A stretch of DNA of 64,000 nucleotides, taken from positions 97,069-161,068 of the forward strand of contig SUUN01000001.1 in assembly GCA_015062495.1 (NCBI GenBank), in the 5' to 3' direction. The translations under genes and the position numbers were made by a program. The notes under the pieces are model-generated. The model was not told where the DNA came from. It made no database searches and saw only the letters and a list, made by a program, of their open reading frames with translations. Numbering within the stretch: position 1 is the first letter of the stretch; every line of letters begins with the position of its first letter. Of this stretch, positions 1 through 9,264 are shown piece by piece. This stretch comes from Alphaproteobacteria bacterium. GTDB taxonomy: Bacteria; Pseudomonadota; Alphaproteobacteria; Rs-D84.

Positions 1-343
1 CGCAAATATTGCCGGCATTCATGAACAGATTATAAACGCACGACGGGTTGTGGTGGAAAACCTGAACGCGGCATGGAATATATATCAATCCCAGGAATAT
101 GCGATTAATGCGACCCAGGCCAGTGTTGATGCGAATATGTCTGCGCTGGATGGGGTGCGTGACGGTCAGGCGCATGGGCGACGGACGGTGTTGGATGTGC
201 TGAATGCGGAACAAGAATTACTGAATTCGCGTGTGGCGCACACACGTGCCAAACATGCGCGAATTGCTGCGTTCTTTGCAGTATTGGCGGCGGTTGGGGA
301 ATTAACCCCAGAAAATCTGGGGCTTGATATTTCAGAAAAATAG
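1..343 (+). CDS. TolC-family outer membrane efflux protein, C-terminal fragment (5' end lies outside window; frame open to position 2)
   Basis: ORF 50..343 frame stays open back to window start; C-terminal sequence (YE.G..S.LDVLNAEQEL...LAAVGEL) resembles the second helical repeat of OEP/TolC proteins. Confidence 0.6.
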   Translation, partial: ANIAGIHEQIINARRVVVENLNAAWNIYQSQEYAINATQASVDANMSALDGVRDGQAHGRRTVLDVLNAEQELLNSRVAHTRAKHARIAAFFAVLAAVGELTPENLGLDISEK

Positions 344-361
344 TATAAAATAGGTGGCGTT

Positions 362-438
362 GCGCCCTTAGCTCAGCTGGATAGAGCATCAGATTTCTAA
401 TCTGCAGGTCGAGGGTTCGAATCCCCCAGGGCGTGCCA
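362..438 (+). tRNA. tRNA-Arg, anticodon TCT
   Basis: Cloverleaf readable: acceptor GCGCCCT / AGGGCGT, D-arm GCTC-AGCTGGATA-GAGC, anticodon loop TTTCTAA (U33, anticodon TCT, A37), T-loop TTCGAAT, 3' GCCA. Confidence 0.85.
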
Positions 439-473
439 GAATTTAACCGTCGCGATTGCGGCGGTTTTGTTTT
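435..473. repeat. Left copy of an exact 39-bp direct repeat (overlaps last 4 nt of tRNA-Arg and its terminator hairpin)
   Basis: gccagaatttaaccgtcgcgattgcggcggttttgtttt is identical at 435-473 and 2083-2121. Confidence 0.8.
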
Positions 474-478
474 TTGTT
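444..478 (+). terminator. Rho-independent terminator after tRNA-Arg
   Basis: AACCGTCGC-gatt-GCGGCGGTT hairpin followed by TTTGTTTTTTG. Confidence 0.6.
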
Positions 479-708
479 TGGATTTTTGTCATTTTTTGGT
501 GTAGTATATACTTTGACATGGCGATTGCTGTGTTGGGCGTCGAAACCCGTTTATGCTCAGTGCCTGTGAAGGTAGAAAATATCTCCAACCAATATGGTTG
601 GAGGGCGGTGAATATATTGAATAAGCCCGCTATTTTCTGAGCATTATAGTTTCGAACCTCCAACCACCCGCTTTGTCAGGTGGTTTTTTGTTTAAAAAAG
701 GATAAAAA

Positions 709-927
709 ATGAGTGGAGTAAACGTGAAGCAGTCAATTAATCAAAATCTTTTGACTTTTATTTTTTCGATGTTGCTTATTGTTGTGGGCGAGTATGCTTG
801 TGTGTCCTGTTGCGTCTATTATGCATTTGCCTATTCTGTGTCGTTGGCAGCGGGCGTTTCTACTATCTTGACATTGGCTGCGTATACAAAAGATTATTGT
901 GCGAAGAAAAGTAATAAATGTAAATAG
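709..927 (+). CDS. Small hydrophobic protein (2 predicted TM segments), hypothetical
   Basis: 72-aa ORF with AAGGA RBS 7 nt upstream of ATG; ends 1 nt before next ORF; inside the DR-flanked islet. Confidence 0.35.
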   Translation: MSGVNVKQSINQNLLTFIFSMLLIVVGEYACVSCCVYYAFAYSVSLAAGVSTILTLAAYTKDYCAKKSNKCK

Positions 928-2076
928 GTGACAAAAATGCAAGTATTGATAGTAATATTATGTCTTTTTTTGGCTTATCTGCTTCTTTGCTTTTATGAAT
1001 TTAAGGAGGCATTAGATGACAAAAAAAGGAAACAGAAATTAATGTCAGATTTAGAAATTTTAATAAAAGCAACGAAAAAGTCTGTGCAAAAACTGAATAA
1101 GCACGTTGGTCTTTGGCGTCAAGATTATGTAGATATGATTAATGAGTGTATGGAAAGATACTATAAGGTGTTGGAAACTAAATATTTTCAACTTGTATTT
1201 GTTGATGATTATGGTAGAGCGCAGCTTTCGGATTTTGAGAGGGAGTTAATTAACTTTTCTTATCAGATTGTCTTTGAGGATGAAATTCAGTATAGATATC
1301 AGCAGATTGTGAAGGAGTTTATTGGACACGCTTCATTTAGTGACGTTATTGTTCTTCGGCAATATATGAAACAAAATGGTCTGTCTTGGAAAGAAGTTGA
1401 GCAGCTATGGCCGGCGTGGCGTACAGATTTGCGTTATGTTCTGGAAGCTGGTTTGCTTTTTGCTGCTGAAGTGTTGCGGCAATGGTTTCCACCTATGGAT
1501 AAAGGTATTTTATTGGAAGACGCTGTGCCAGAAAATGATGCTTTTGAAACGTTCTATGATGGGTATTTTAACTTGGAAGGATTTCTTGATGTTAAGGGAG
1601 CAGAAATTATATTAAAGGCAAATGCCAAAGTGCTGTGTTTCTCCATAATCGATAATTTGTTCGATATTACATTTAGAAATGCCGTTTATAAAAATAAGTC
1701 TTTTACAAAGATAGGAAAACAGAGTGCCCAGCAGAAAGAAACGCCGCAACAATATGAGAGGCATATTGCTACAAATTTGAAAAAACTTGGGTTTGAAGCG
1801 CGTACTACCAAGGCGTCAGGTGACCAGGGGGCAGATGTTCTGGCCAGTAAGGACGGTGTGTCATTTGCGATACAATGCAAAATGTATTCTAAACCTGTGG
1901 GCAATAAGGCTGTTCAAGAAGCGAATGCGGGACGTGATTTTTATAAAAAAGATTATGGAGTGGTGATTTCTAATGCGGGGTTCACCAAATCGGCGCGTCA
2001 AGCCGCGCATGCGTGTGGTATTATTTTATTAAATGACAATCAATTAGAGTCTTTATTGAAATACACCAATAGATGA
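928..2076 (+). CDS. Membrane-anchored protein with C-terminal Mrr-cat (PD-(D/E)xK restriction-endonuclease-like) domain
   Basis: N-terminal TM helix (LIVILCLFLAYLLLCFYEF). C-terminal ~110 aa match the Mrr_cat pattern: LKKLGFEA...GDQGADVLA...FAIQCKMY...ISNAGFTKSA...GIILLNDNQLESLL. Confidence 0.7.
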   Translation: MTKMQVLIVILCLFLAYLLLCFYEFKEALDDKKRKQKLMSDLEILIKATKKSVQKLNKHVGLWRQDYVDMINECMERYYKVLETKYFQLVFVDDYGRAQLSDFERELINFSYQIVFEDEIQYRYQQIVKEFIGHASFSDVIVLRQYMKQNGLSWKEVEQLWPAWRTDLRYVLEAGLLFAAEVLRQWFPPMDKGILLEDAVPENDAFETFYDGYFNLEGFLDVKGAEIILKANAKVLCFSIIDNLFDITFRNAVYKNKSFTKIGKQSAQQKETPQQYERHIATNLKKLGFEARTTKASGDQGADVLASKDGVSFAIQCKMYSKPVGNKAVQEANAGRDFYKKDYGVVISNAGFTKSARQAAHACGIILLNDNQLESLLKYTNR

Positions 2077-2082
2077 TAAAAT

Positions 2083-2121
2083 GCCAGAATTTAACCGTCG
2101 CGATTGCGGCGGTTTTGTTTT
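2083..2121. repeat. Right copy of the 39-bp direct repeat
   Basis: Identical to 435-473; sequence diverges immediately outside. Confidence 0.8.
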
Positions 2122-2198
2122 GCGGTGTTTTGGGGAATCGTTCCTGGGGCGGGGTGGGGCGCGGTGTGATATACTGGGTGATGTAAAGGGAGGAAATA

Positions 2199-2675
2199 AT
2201 GAAAAAATTTTTGACATTTGTTTTAGCAATTGTGATTTCGTTTGTGCCGGGGATTTTTGGCGGATTCTTTTCACCAATGAGTCCGGGTGTAAACGATTGG
2301 TATAATGGATTGGCGCAGTCGGTTTTGACCCCAAATGGGTGGGTGTTTAGTATCGCGTGGCTGATTTTATACACTCTGTTGGGGATAGCCCTGTATTTAA
2401 TTATGCGCAGTGGCAAAACGCGCCAGAACAAGGCGACGGCATATACGCTGTTTATTGTTCAGATGATTTTGAATACGTTGTGGAGTTATCTGTTCTTTGG
2501 CCTGCATATGGTTGGTTGGGCGATGATTTGTGTGGTGGCACTGGTTGGGGTGGCATTCTGGATGGCGATTGCGTTCAAGCCAATCAGCCGGGGGGCATCA
2601 TTTTTGGTGTGGCCGTATATTGCGTGGCTGATATTCGCAGCGTATTTGAACGGCACGATTTTAATTTTGAACTGA
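2199..2675 (+). CDS. tspO: TspO/MBR family tryptophan-rich sensory protein
   Basis: 158 aa, five TM segments, Trp-rich; N-terminal WY..L.KP..P...F...W..LY and C-terminal WP....F..YLN family signatures; GGAGG RBS. Confidence 0.85.
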   Translation: MKKFLTFVLAIVISFVPGIFGGFFSPMSPGVNDWYNGLAQSVLTPNGWVFSIAWLILYTLLGIALYLIMRSGKTRQNKATAYTLFIVQMILNTLWSYLFFGLHMVGWAMICVVALVGVAFWMAIAFKPISRGASFLVWPYIAWLIFAAYLNGTILILN

Positions 2676-2708
2676 TTTTTGTTTAAGCCGGCTTTGCCGG
2701 TTTTTTTG

Positions 2709-2975
2709 TTGCAGTATAAAACTTTTATTGGTACAATGACTGTTGTCAGCATGTGTTTTATGCTGGCGGGGTGTGGAAACCCTTTGTTGGCGTCGGAATA
2801 TTTGTTAATGGCGCAGATTGCGCTGTTTTTTATTGCGGCGGAAGTTACTCCTGACTGTTGGTCAGGAGGGTTGCGATATATATAAATAAGCACACAATTC
2901 CAACAATTGTTTCCAACCTCCTGGCCACCTTAGTTTTATGGTGGTTTTTTGAAATTGTACAAAAGGAGGAAGTCG
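2709..2975 (+). promoter_or_regulatory. Leader copy 0: sigma70 promoter (TTGCAG-N17-TACAAT, 2709-2737) plus a structured 5' leader related to the leaders at 10863 and 21274
   Basis: Shares CGGGGTGTG.AAACCC hairpin, mid-leader terminator (GCGCA-gat-TGCGC + T6), CTCCTGAC-loop-GTCAGGAG hairpin, conserved GGTTGCGATATATATAAATAAGCACACAATTC block, CAACCTCCTG anti-pairing segment and a second terminator (CCACC..GGTGG T6) before the RBS. Confidence 0.6.
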
Positions 2976-3430
2976 TGAAACAAAAACTAATATGTTTGAC
3001 AGTTGTGTTGTTGATGGTGTCTGATGCGGCGGCTGGTGTATATGGATGTGTTGCAGCCAGTGAACCGATACCAGCGCAATCAAGCAGATGTTCGGGAATG
3101 GACTGGAACTTGCTGAGCAGCAATTATCCATATTGGCAATATGGTGATGTTGTTGCTGGGTTTGCCAAGTGTGTTGGTGGTAGTAGTGTGACATGTACGT
3201 GTCGACAAATCTGGCCATATTTTAATGCAATGGGGGAATGGACTGCTAATGCCAGCAGTATAAACAGTCAATGTTCTGCGTCAACAACATCACTATCTGA
3301 TTGTTATACAAATTGTGCGCGTGCGTGCTTGGCGTCAATTGCGGATAATTATATTACCTGGGGTTATAATGATACTGGCAATCGATATGAATTACAAAAT
3401 ATATTGTCTTATTCCGTGTTTTATAAATAG
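2976..3430 (+). CDS. Small Cys-rich secreted protein (signal peptide), hypothetical
   Basis: GTG start 6 nt after AAGGAGG; N-terminal signal peptide MKQKLICLTVVLLMVSDAAAG; 12 Cys in the mature region; preceded by leader copy 0. Confidence 0.55.
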
Positions 3431-3447
3431 TAAATGGAGTTAATATA

Positions 3448-3846
3448 ATGAAAAAGTTGTTCGTTTTTTTTATGTTTTTGATGTCATGTGGAAATGCATT
3501 TTCGGTTGCGTGTTTGCAATATGATATTAGTGGTTGTTCCCAGTATTCGTCATCAAGTTATACAGACAGTACAGGTGTTACCGCAATGTATAAGTGCGGT
3601 GGTGGTGGCAATCGCGTTGATGTCGTTGGCATGTGTGGAACAGAATTGTCAGGTGGTGACATTGTTTACAACACAACAAATCTGAATGATAACAGCAGGT
3701 GTTTTTGTCGTATAACTTACCCTTTCTTGTCTGATTGGGTCGTTGCAGGCGGTGGGTGTTATAATCCATCCGCAGGAACAATAGGATGTGTTAGCGCTTG
3801 TGAAGCGTTGTTAAATTCTGGTACTAACTGGATATCGTATAAATAA
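3448..3846 (+). CDS. Small Cys-rich secreted protein, hypothetical
   Basis: 132 aa, signal peptide MKKLFVFFMFLMSCGNAFS, about 11 Cys; tandem with neighbours (17-nt gaps). Confidence 0.55.
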   Translation: MKKLFVFFMFLMSCGNAFSVACLQYDISGCSQYSSSSYTDSTGVTAMYKCGGGGNRVDVVGMCGTELSGGDIVYNTTNLNDNSRCFCRITYPFLSDWVVAGGGCYNPSAGTIGCVSACEALLNSGTNWISYK

Positions 3847-3856
3847 GGAGATTCTT

Positions 3857-4147
3857 ATGAAAAAAGTATTGCTTTTATGTTTTACTGTCTGTATGTTTGG
3901 CGCAAACGCAGCGGATTTACCAGCTTGCAGAGGGACGTTACAATTATGGCCAAATGTCGGGTATTATGAGTCATCTTGCCCCGCGGGAACGATTGAATTG
4001 GTTGTGGCGTCTTTGCCTTGTGAATATGCAAGCAGTGCTCAGACATGCGGCATGTTCGTTAATGATAATGGCGAAACAGATGTTTATATCGGAGAGGATG
4101 CTTCTGGCGTATTCGAAATATCTGGTTTTTGTGGACTGTCGCAGTAG
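3857..4147 (+). CDS. Small Cys-rich secreted protein, hypothetical
   Basis: 96 aa, AAGGAG RBS, signal peptide MKKVLLLCFTVCMFGANA, 7 Cys. Confidence 0.5.
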   Translation: MKKVLLLCFTVCMFGANAADLPACRGTLQLWPNVGYYESSCPAGTIELVVASLPCEYASSAQTCGMFVNDNGETDVYIGEDASGVFEISGFCGLSQ

Positions 4148-4154
4148 TGTAGCC

Positions 4155-4490
4155 TTATATCTTTAATATCTTGACATGTGGGTCGCCAATGTTCAGGTAT
4201 TTTAGGCCCAATTCTTCGACATAGTCGGGACTGTAATTTTGTAACAGTTCAATGTGGCGGTGTAATTCGTTCAGGGTCTGTTGTTCAGATGCCAATTGCT
4301 CGCGTTCGTTGCCCAGTTGCCATACGTTGTATCCGAAACGCTGGATACTGACATCGCCCCAAAACATACCGATGAACATAAAACCGGCAAATAATGCCAA
4401 AACAATGCCCAGTTTGCCACGTCCGCCACCAGACCAGGCTGAACCTAAAAAACGAAATAAATTTTTGATTTTTTCCTTCATGGATGGCAT
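4155..4490 (-). CDS. ftsB: Septum formation initiator FtsB/DivIC-like protein
   Basis: 111 aa; single TM segment followed by a coiled-coil (LASEQQTLNELHRHIELLQN) and conserved C-terminal LGLKYLNIGD-like tail. Confidence 0.55.
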   Translation of the reverse strand: MPSMKEKIKNLFRFLGSAWSGGGRGKLGIVLALFAGFMFIGMFWGDVSIQRFGYNVWQLGNEREQLASEQQTLNELHRHIELLQNYSPDYVEELGLKYLNIGDPHVKILKI

Positions 4491-4500
4491 TATATCATAA

Positions 4501-5412
4501 ATGTTTAGTGATAATCAAATTTTTGCTGCGCCATTGGCTGGGATTACAGACCGGCCGTTTCGACGCGTCATTCGTGAATTTTCCCCAAATGCGCCGATTG
4601 TGACGGAAATGATTTCGTGTCATTCGTTGGTGGGGGCGCATAAAAATTGCCTGCGGAATTTCGATAACTATGCGGACGAAGGGAATGTTGGGGCGCAAAT
4701 CTTTGGCGCGGATGTGGGGTTAATGGCGGATGCAGCGCGAATTTTGGCAGATGCGGGGGCAAAATGGATTGATATAAATATGGGCTGCCCCGTGCCTAAG
4801 GTTGCGACACGCGCCGGCGCGGGGGCGCATTTAATGCGGGATCACGCGTTGGCGGGTAAAATTATGCGCGCTGTTGTGCGGGCGGTTGATATTCCGGTGT
4901 CAATTAAAACACGGCTGGGGTGGGATGATGATAATCGGGATTGGCGCGATTTGATTGATATTGCAGCAGATGCAGGCGTGCGATTTGCTGCATTGCATGG
5001 GCGGACGCGGGCGCAGTTATATCTGGGGAATGCGGTTCATCCAGATGTGTCGGATGCGCCGATTCCAATTATCGCAAATGGTGATATTAAAACTGCAGAT
5101 GATGTTAATGCGGTTCAGAAATTGGGCTATGCGGGGGTGATGATTGGGCGCGGATTATTGGGACGTCCGTGGGCGTTGGCGGAAATTGCCGGTGGTGCGC
5201 CAACATACAATGTTGGGGATGTTGCGTTGCGACATCTGGAATATGCGATTGAATACTATGGCGAAAAAACAGCAATCCCAATGTTTAGAAAACACGCCGC
5301 GTGGTACAGCGCAGGTATGCCGAATTCGTCGGATTTTCGTATCAGGGTTAACAGAATGGATAGTGCGGATGCGTTAAAGGTTGCAATTCGTGAATTTTGG
5401 GGTATCATTTAG
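4501..5412 (+). CDS. tRNA-dihydrouridine synthase (Dus family)
   Basis: N-terminal LAPLAGITD.PFR, FGAD.., catalytic-region NMGCP.PKV, C-terminal helical domain; 303 aa. Confidence 0.85.
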   Translation: MFSDNQIFAAPLAGITDRPFRRVIREFSPNAPIVTEMISCHSLVGAHKNCLRNFDNYADEGNVGAQIFGADVGLMADAARILADAGAKWIDINMGCPVPKVATRAGAGAHLMRDHALAGKIMRAVVRAVDIPVSIKTRLGWDDDNRDWRDLIDIAADAGVRFAALHGRTRAQLYLGNAVHPDVSDAPIPIIANGDIKTADDVNAVQKLGYAGVMIGRGLLGRPWALAEIAGGAPTYNVGDVALRHLEYAIEYYGEKTAIPMFRKHAAWYSAGMPNSSDFRIRVNRMDSADALKVAIREFWGII

Positions 5413-5442
5413 GCACGGTAAAATTTTAGGGGATTGGTAAAG

Positions 5443-6315
5443 ATGACAGAAAATATTGAAAATACAGATGTTGTTGTGGACGCGCCGGTGGTTATGACGG
5501 CGGGGGAAATGTTGCGTAATGCGCGTACAACTGGGCGCAGAAAACGTGAAATTCCAACAATTTCTAAACAATTGTGTATTCGTGAGGAATTTTTAGAGGC
5601 CCTGGAAAATGGTCAGTATGATGTAATCCCAGAACCCGTTTATATCTTAGGTTTTGCACGCAACTATGCGATGGAGTTGGGATTAAATCCGGACGAAGTT
5701 GTTGAAAAAATCAAAAAAGAAATGGGGCTGGTTTCAGACTGTGTGTCCGATGATGATGATGATGTAAGTGCATGCGCAATGCCCAGTATCCAAGAAGAAA
5801 GTTGGGCCAAGGTTGCATTTGGCAAGGCGTATCAGTTTGTTTATCAGAACTGGATTTGGTTTGTGGGTGGCGTTATTGCAATTGCGTTGATTGTGTTTGC
5901 GGTTGTTATGCTGACACCGTCAAAGACAGATGAAGTTGTTACACCTGCCCAGGTGGTTGTGTCGGTTGAAGATATGGTCAAAGAACCAGAATACAAACAG
6001 CCAGTGCGTGAACGTTTTGGTACAGATAATCGCGCCACGGCGGAAATTATATTGCAGGCAAATAAAAAAACCGGCGAAGCGGGAACGTGGGTTGAAATCA
6101 AAGATGCGCGCGGTCGTACAGAAATTAGTCGTGTGTTGATGCCGGGCGATGTGTATTATGTGCCGGTCAAAGGGACGTACAAGGCGACATTTGGTAACGC
6201 CGGTGGAATTGATGTGTGGGTTGGTGGAAAATTAGCCCCCCAGGTTGGCCCAGAATATAAGAAAGTTTCTGGTGTGGAACTGGTGCCTGAAAAATTAATG
6301 AAAACAGGTAAATAA
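5443..6315 (+). CDS. RodZ-like helix-turn-helix cytoskeletal protein (XRE-HTH N-terminal domain, TM, DUF4115-like C-terminus)
   Basis: HTH with [11 protein letters not shown]...[18 protein letters not shown]; central TM; track start 5434 is TTG, ATG at 5443 has AGGGGA RBS. Confidence 0.6.
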   Translation: MTENIENTDVVVDAPVVMTAGEMLRNARTTGRRKREIPTISKQLCIREEFLEALENGQYDVIPEPVYILGFARNYAMELGLNPDEVVEKIKKEMGLVSDCVSDDDDDVSACAMPSIQEESWAKVAFGKAYQFVYQNWIWFVGGVIAIALIVFAVVMLTPSKTDEVVTPAQVVVSVEDMVKEPEYKQPVRERFGTDNRATAEIILQANKKTGEAGTWVEIKDARGRTEISRVLMPGDVYYVPVKGTYKATFGNAGGIDVWVGGKLAPQVGPEYKKVSGVELVPEKLMKTGK

Positions 6316-6323
6316 AATATAGA

Positions 6324-6353
6324 AAGGGGCGAAAGGAATTTTCGCCCTTTGTA
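6324..6353 (+). terminator. Rho-independent terminator
   Basis: GGGGCGAAA-ggaa-TTTTCGCCC then TTTG. Confidence 0.55.
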
Positions 6354-6391
6354 TTGAAATTTGTTTTACGTAAACTATATATATTCGTACT

Positions 6392-9262
6392 ATGGCAGGA
6401 ATAATAAAAATTCGCGGGGCACGCGAAAATAATCTTAAAAATATCGATTTAGACATACCAAAAAATAAGTTGGTTGTCTTTACAGGCGTTTCCGGTTCGG
6501 GAAAATCGTCGTTGGCGTTTAATACCATTTATGCCGAAGGCCAGCGCAGATATGTCGAATCGCTGTCCAGTTATGCACGACAGTTCTTGGATATGCAGAA
6601 AAAGCCTGATGTGGATTTGATAGAAGGGTTGGCCCCAGCGATTTCAATTGAACAGAAAACAACGTCAAAAAATCCGCGATCGACCGTTGGTACTGTGACC
6701 GAGGTTTATGATTACCTGCGATTGTTGTGGGCACGTATTGGTGTGCCGCATTCGCCAGTGACGGGTAAACCCATTAAGTCACAGTCGGTCGCAGAAATGG
6801 TCGATTGGACTATGAAAATTCCGGCGGATACAAAAATATTTATAATGGCGCCATTGGTGCGCGAACGCAAAGGCGAATATAGAAAAGAATTGGCGTTCTT
6901 GGTCAAGCAGGGGTATCAACGCGCAATTATTGATGGGGAACTGGTGGATTTGTCAGCGGTTGCGCCATTGGATAAAAATAAAAAACATAATATTTTTGTA
7001 ATTGTTGATCGTTTGCAGATGCCACCGACTGATTCAGATACCGAAGAGTTTCGCTCGCGTTTATATGCGTCGTTTGAAGGGGCATTGCGTCTGGTGCCGG
7101 GGTCGGTGTTGGTGCGGCGTTTGGATACGAACGAAGATACACTGTATTCCCAAAATTATGCGTGCCCGGTCAGTGGGTTTACAGTACCAAAAATTGAACC
7201 GCGATTGTTTTCATTTAATGCGCCAATGGGGGCGTGTCAGAACTGTGACGGGTTGGGTGTGCAATTGAATATGTCACCGGATTTGGTCGTGCCAGATCCA
7301 TCAAAGTCAATCCTGGGCGGGGCGATTGCGCCGTGGTCGCGTGGCGGGATGTTAAGTCAGTTCGAACATTTGTTAGACGCGTTACATAAAAAATTCAAGA
7401 TTCCATTGTCTAAGCCATGGCATACATTGACATCAGAACAAAAAGATTTGGTTTTGTATGGCAGTGGTGATGAACCGATTAAGATAAACTGGAATGGGTT
7501 CGTTTATGAAAAACCATACGAAGGTGTTATCCCAAATATCGAACGGCGTTGGCGTGAATCTGATTCCGAGGCAATGCGCACGGAATTGGCAAAGTATCAA
7601 TCTGAAAAGCCGTGTCCAGTGTGTCATGGTAAACGACTGAATATCCATGCGTTGTGTGTGCGCATAAATGATGCGGATATTATGGATGTTTGTGATATGT
7701 CGGTGGATGATTGTTTAAATTGGTTCCGTGATTTGCCAAACCATTTGTCGCAAAAGGATAATGATATTGCACGAATCGTTCTGCGTGAAATAACAGACAG
7801 ATTATATTTCCTGCAAAACGTGGGGCTGGGGTATTTAACACTGTCGCGGATGGCGGGAACGTTGTCGGGGGGTGAAGCGCAACGAATTCGTTTGGCGTCG
7901 CAAATTGGCAGCGGTCTGTCGGGTGTTCTGTATGTGTTGGATGAACCGTCAATCGGATTGCATCAGGCGGATAATGATAAACTGTTGGAAACGTTGAAAA
8001 TGCTGCGCGACAAGGATAATACCGTTATCGTTGTGGAACATGACGAAGATGCGATGCGTGCGGCGGATTACTTGGTTGATATTGGTCGTGGCGCAGGTAT
8101 TAACGGTGGTAATGTTATCGCGCATGGTACACCAGCCCAGGTGATTAAGAACAAGGATTCTATAACAGGGCAATATTTATCAGGTGCGCGCAAAATTGAA
8201 GTGCCGACAAAACGTCGCGCTGGTAATGGTAAATCGATTGTCATAGAAGGGGCGCGTGGAAATAACCTGAAAAATGTGACAGTTGAATTTCCGTTGGGGA
8301 AATTTATCGCACTGACAGGTGTGTCGGGGTCAGGTAAATCGACGTTGTTGCTGAATACATTATATCCAGCTTTAATGCGTGCGCTGTATAATTCTAAAAT
8401 GGAAACAGGGACGCACGATATTATTCGTGGGATGGAAAATGTAGACAAGGTTGTCGATATCGATCAATCCCCAATTGGGCGCAGCCCACGCAGTAATCCA
8501 GCAACATATACCGGTGTGTTTGGTGATATTCGTGATTTCTTTGCGGGATTGCCAGATGCCAAGGCGCGCGGGTATGGGCCGGGACGATTTTCATTTAACG
8601 TCAAGGGTGGGCGATGTGAGGCGTGCCAGGGTGATGGCCAGATTAAAATTGAAATGAATTTCTTGGCCGATGTGTATGTTGAATGTGATTGTTGCCGTGG
8701 CAGTCGTTATAACGAAGAAACATTGGCGGTTAAGTACAAGGGCAAATCAATCGCAGATGTTTTGAATATGACGGTTGAAGAAGCGTACAGATTCTTTGTT
8801 AATGTGCCAAAAATTGCACGTAAATTGGAATTGTTAAAGCGTGTTGGATTGGATTATATTAAATTGGGACAAAGTTCGTTGGATTTGTCCGGGGGCGAAG
8901 CACAGCGTATAAAACTGTCCAAAGAATTGGCGGCACGCAGTACAGGCGAAACAATCTATATTTTGGATGAACCAACGACGGGTTTGCACTTTGAGGATAT
9001 CAAGATGCTGTTGTCTGTTTTGCATGAATTGGTCGAGCAGGGCAATACAGTTATCGTTATTGAACATAATCTGGAAGTAATTAAAACCGCAGACTGGATT
9101 GTTGATTTGGGGCCGGTAGGTGGCGCAGGTGGTGGTCGTGTTATTGCAACTGGTACGCCAGAGCAGGTGGCGGATGTGGCAGAATCGCAGACCGGAAAAT
9201 ATTTACAGCGGTATCTGGACAAACCAGCAAAAAATAGTAAAATAAATGCGAAAAAGGAGTAG
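6392..9262 (+). CDS. uvrA: Excinuclease ABC subunit A
   Basis: 956 aa; two ABC ATPase modules ([12 protein letters not shown] / [19 protein letters not shown] x2), zinc-finger Cys clusters. Confidence 0.97.
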   Translation: MAGIIKIRGARENNLKNIDLDIPKNKLVVFTGVSGSGKSSLAFNTIYAEGQRRYVESLSSYARQFLDMQKKPDVDLIEGLAPAISIEQKTTSKNPRSTVGTVTEVYDYLRLLWARIGVPHSPVTGKPIKSQSVAEMVDWTMKIPADTKIFIMAPLVRERKGEYRKELAFLVKQGYQRAIIDGELVDLSAVAPLDKNKKHNIFVIVDRLQMPPTDSDTEEFRSRLYASFEGALRLVPGSVLVRRLDTNEDTLYSQNYACPVSGFTVPKIEPRLFSFNAPMGACQNCDGLGVQLNMSPDLVVPDPSKSILGGAIAPWSRGGMLSQFEHLLDALHKKFKIPLSKPWHTLTSEQKDLVLYGSGDEPIKINWNGFVYEKPYEGVIPNIERRWRESDSEAMRTELAKYQSEKPCPVCHGKRLNIHALCVRINDADIMDVCDMSVDDCLNWFRDLPNHLSQKDNDIARIVLREITDRLYFLQNVGLGYLTLSRMAGTLSGGEAQRIRLASQIGSGLSGVLYVLDEPSIGLHQADNDKLLETLKMLRDKDNTVIVVEHDEDAMRAADYLVDIGRGAGINGGNVIAHGTPAQVIKNKDSITGQYLSGARKIEVPTKRRAGNGKSIVIEGARGNNLKNVTVEFPLGKFIALTGVSGSGKSTLLLNTLYPALMRALYNSKMETGTHDIIRGMENVDKVVDIDQSPIGRSPRSNPATYTGVFGDIRDFFAGLPDAKARGYGPGRFSFNVKGGRCEACQGDGQIKIEMNFLADVYVECDCCRGSRYNEETLAVKYKGKSIADVLNMTVEEAYRFFVNVPKIARKLELLKRVGLDYIKLGQSSLDLSGGEAQRIKLSKELAARSTGETIYILDEPTTGLHFEDIKMLLSVLHELVEQGNTVIVIEHNLEVIKTADWIVDLGPVGGAGGGRVIATGTPEQVADVAESQTGKYLQRYLDKPAKNSKINAKKE

Positions 9263-9264
9263 TT

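Noticed and set aside
362-438. First pass read the tRNA-Arg anticodon loop as CTA (amber suppressor)
   Set aside because: Re-registration of the anticodon stem (TCAGA/TCTGC, 7-nt loop TTTCTAA with U33 and A37) gives anticodon TCT, i.e. tRNA-Arg.
2679-2885. 68-aa plus-strand ORF (lipobox-like MLAGC) inside leader copy 0
   Set aside because: Its ATG overlaps the -10 element and its body coincides with conserved RNA structural elements shared with the other two leaders; only a short N-terminal peptide reading (see mini-ORF finding) is plausible.
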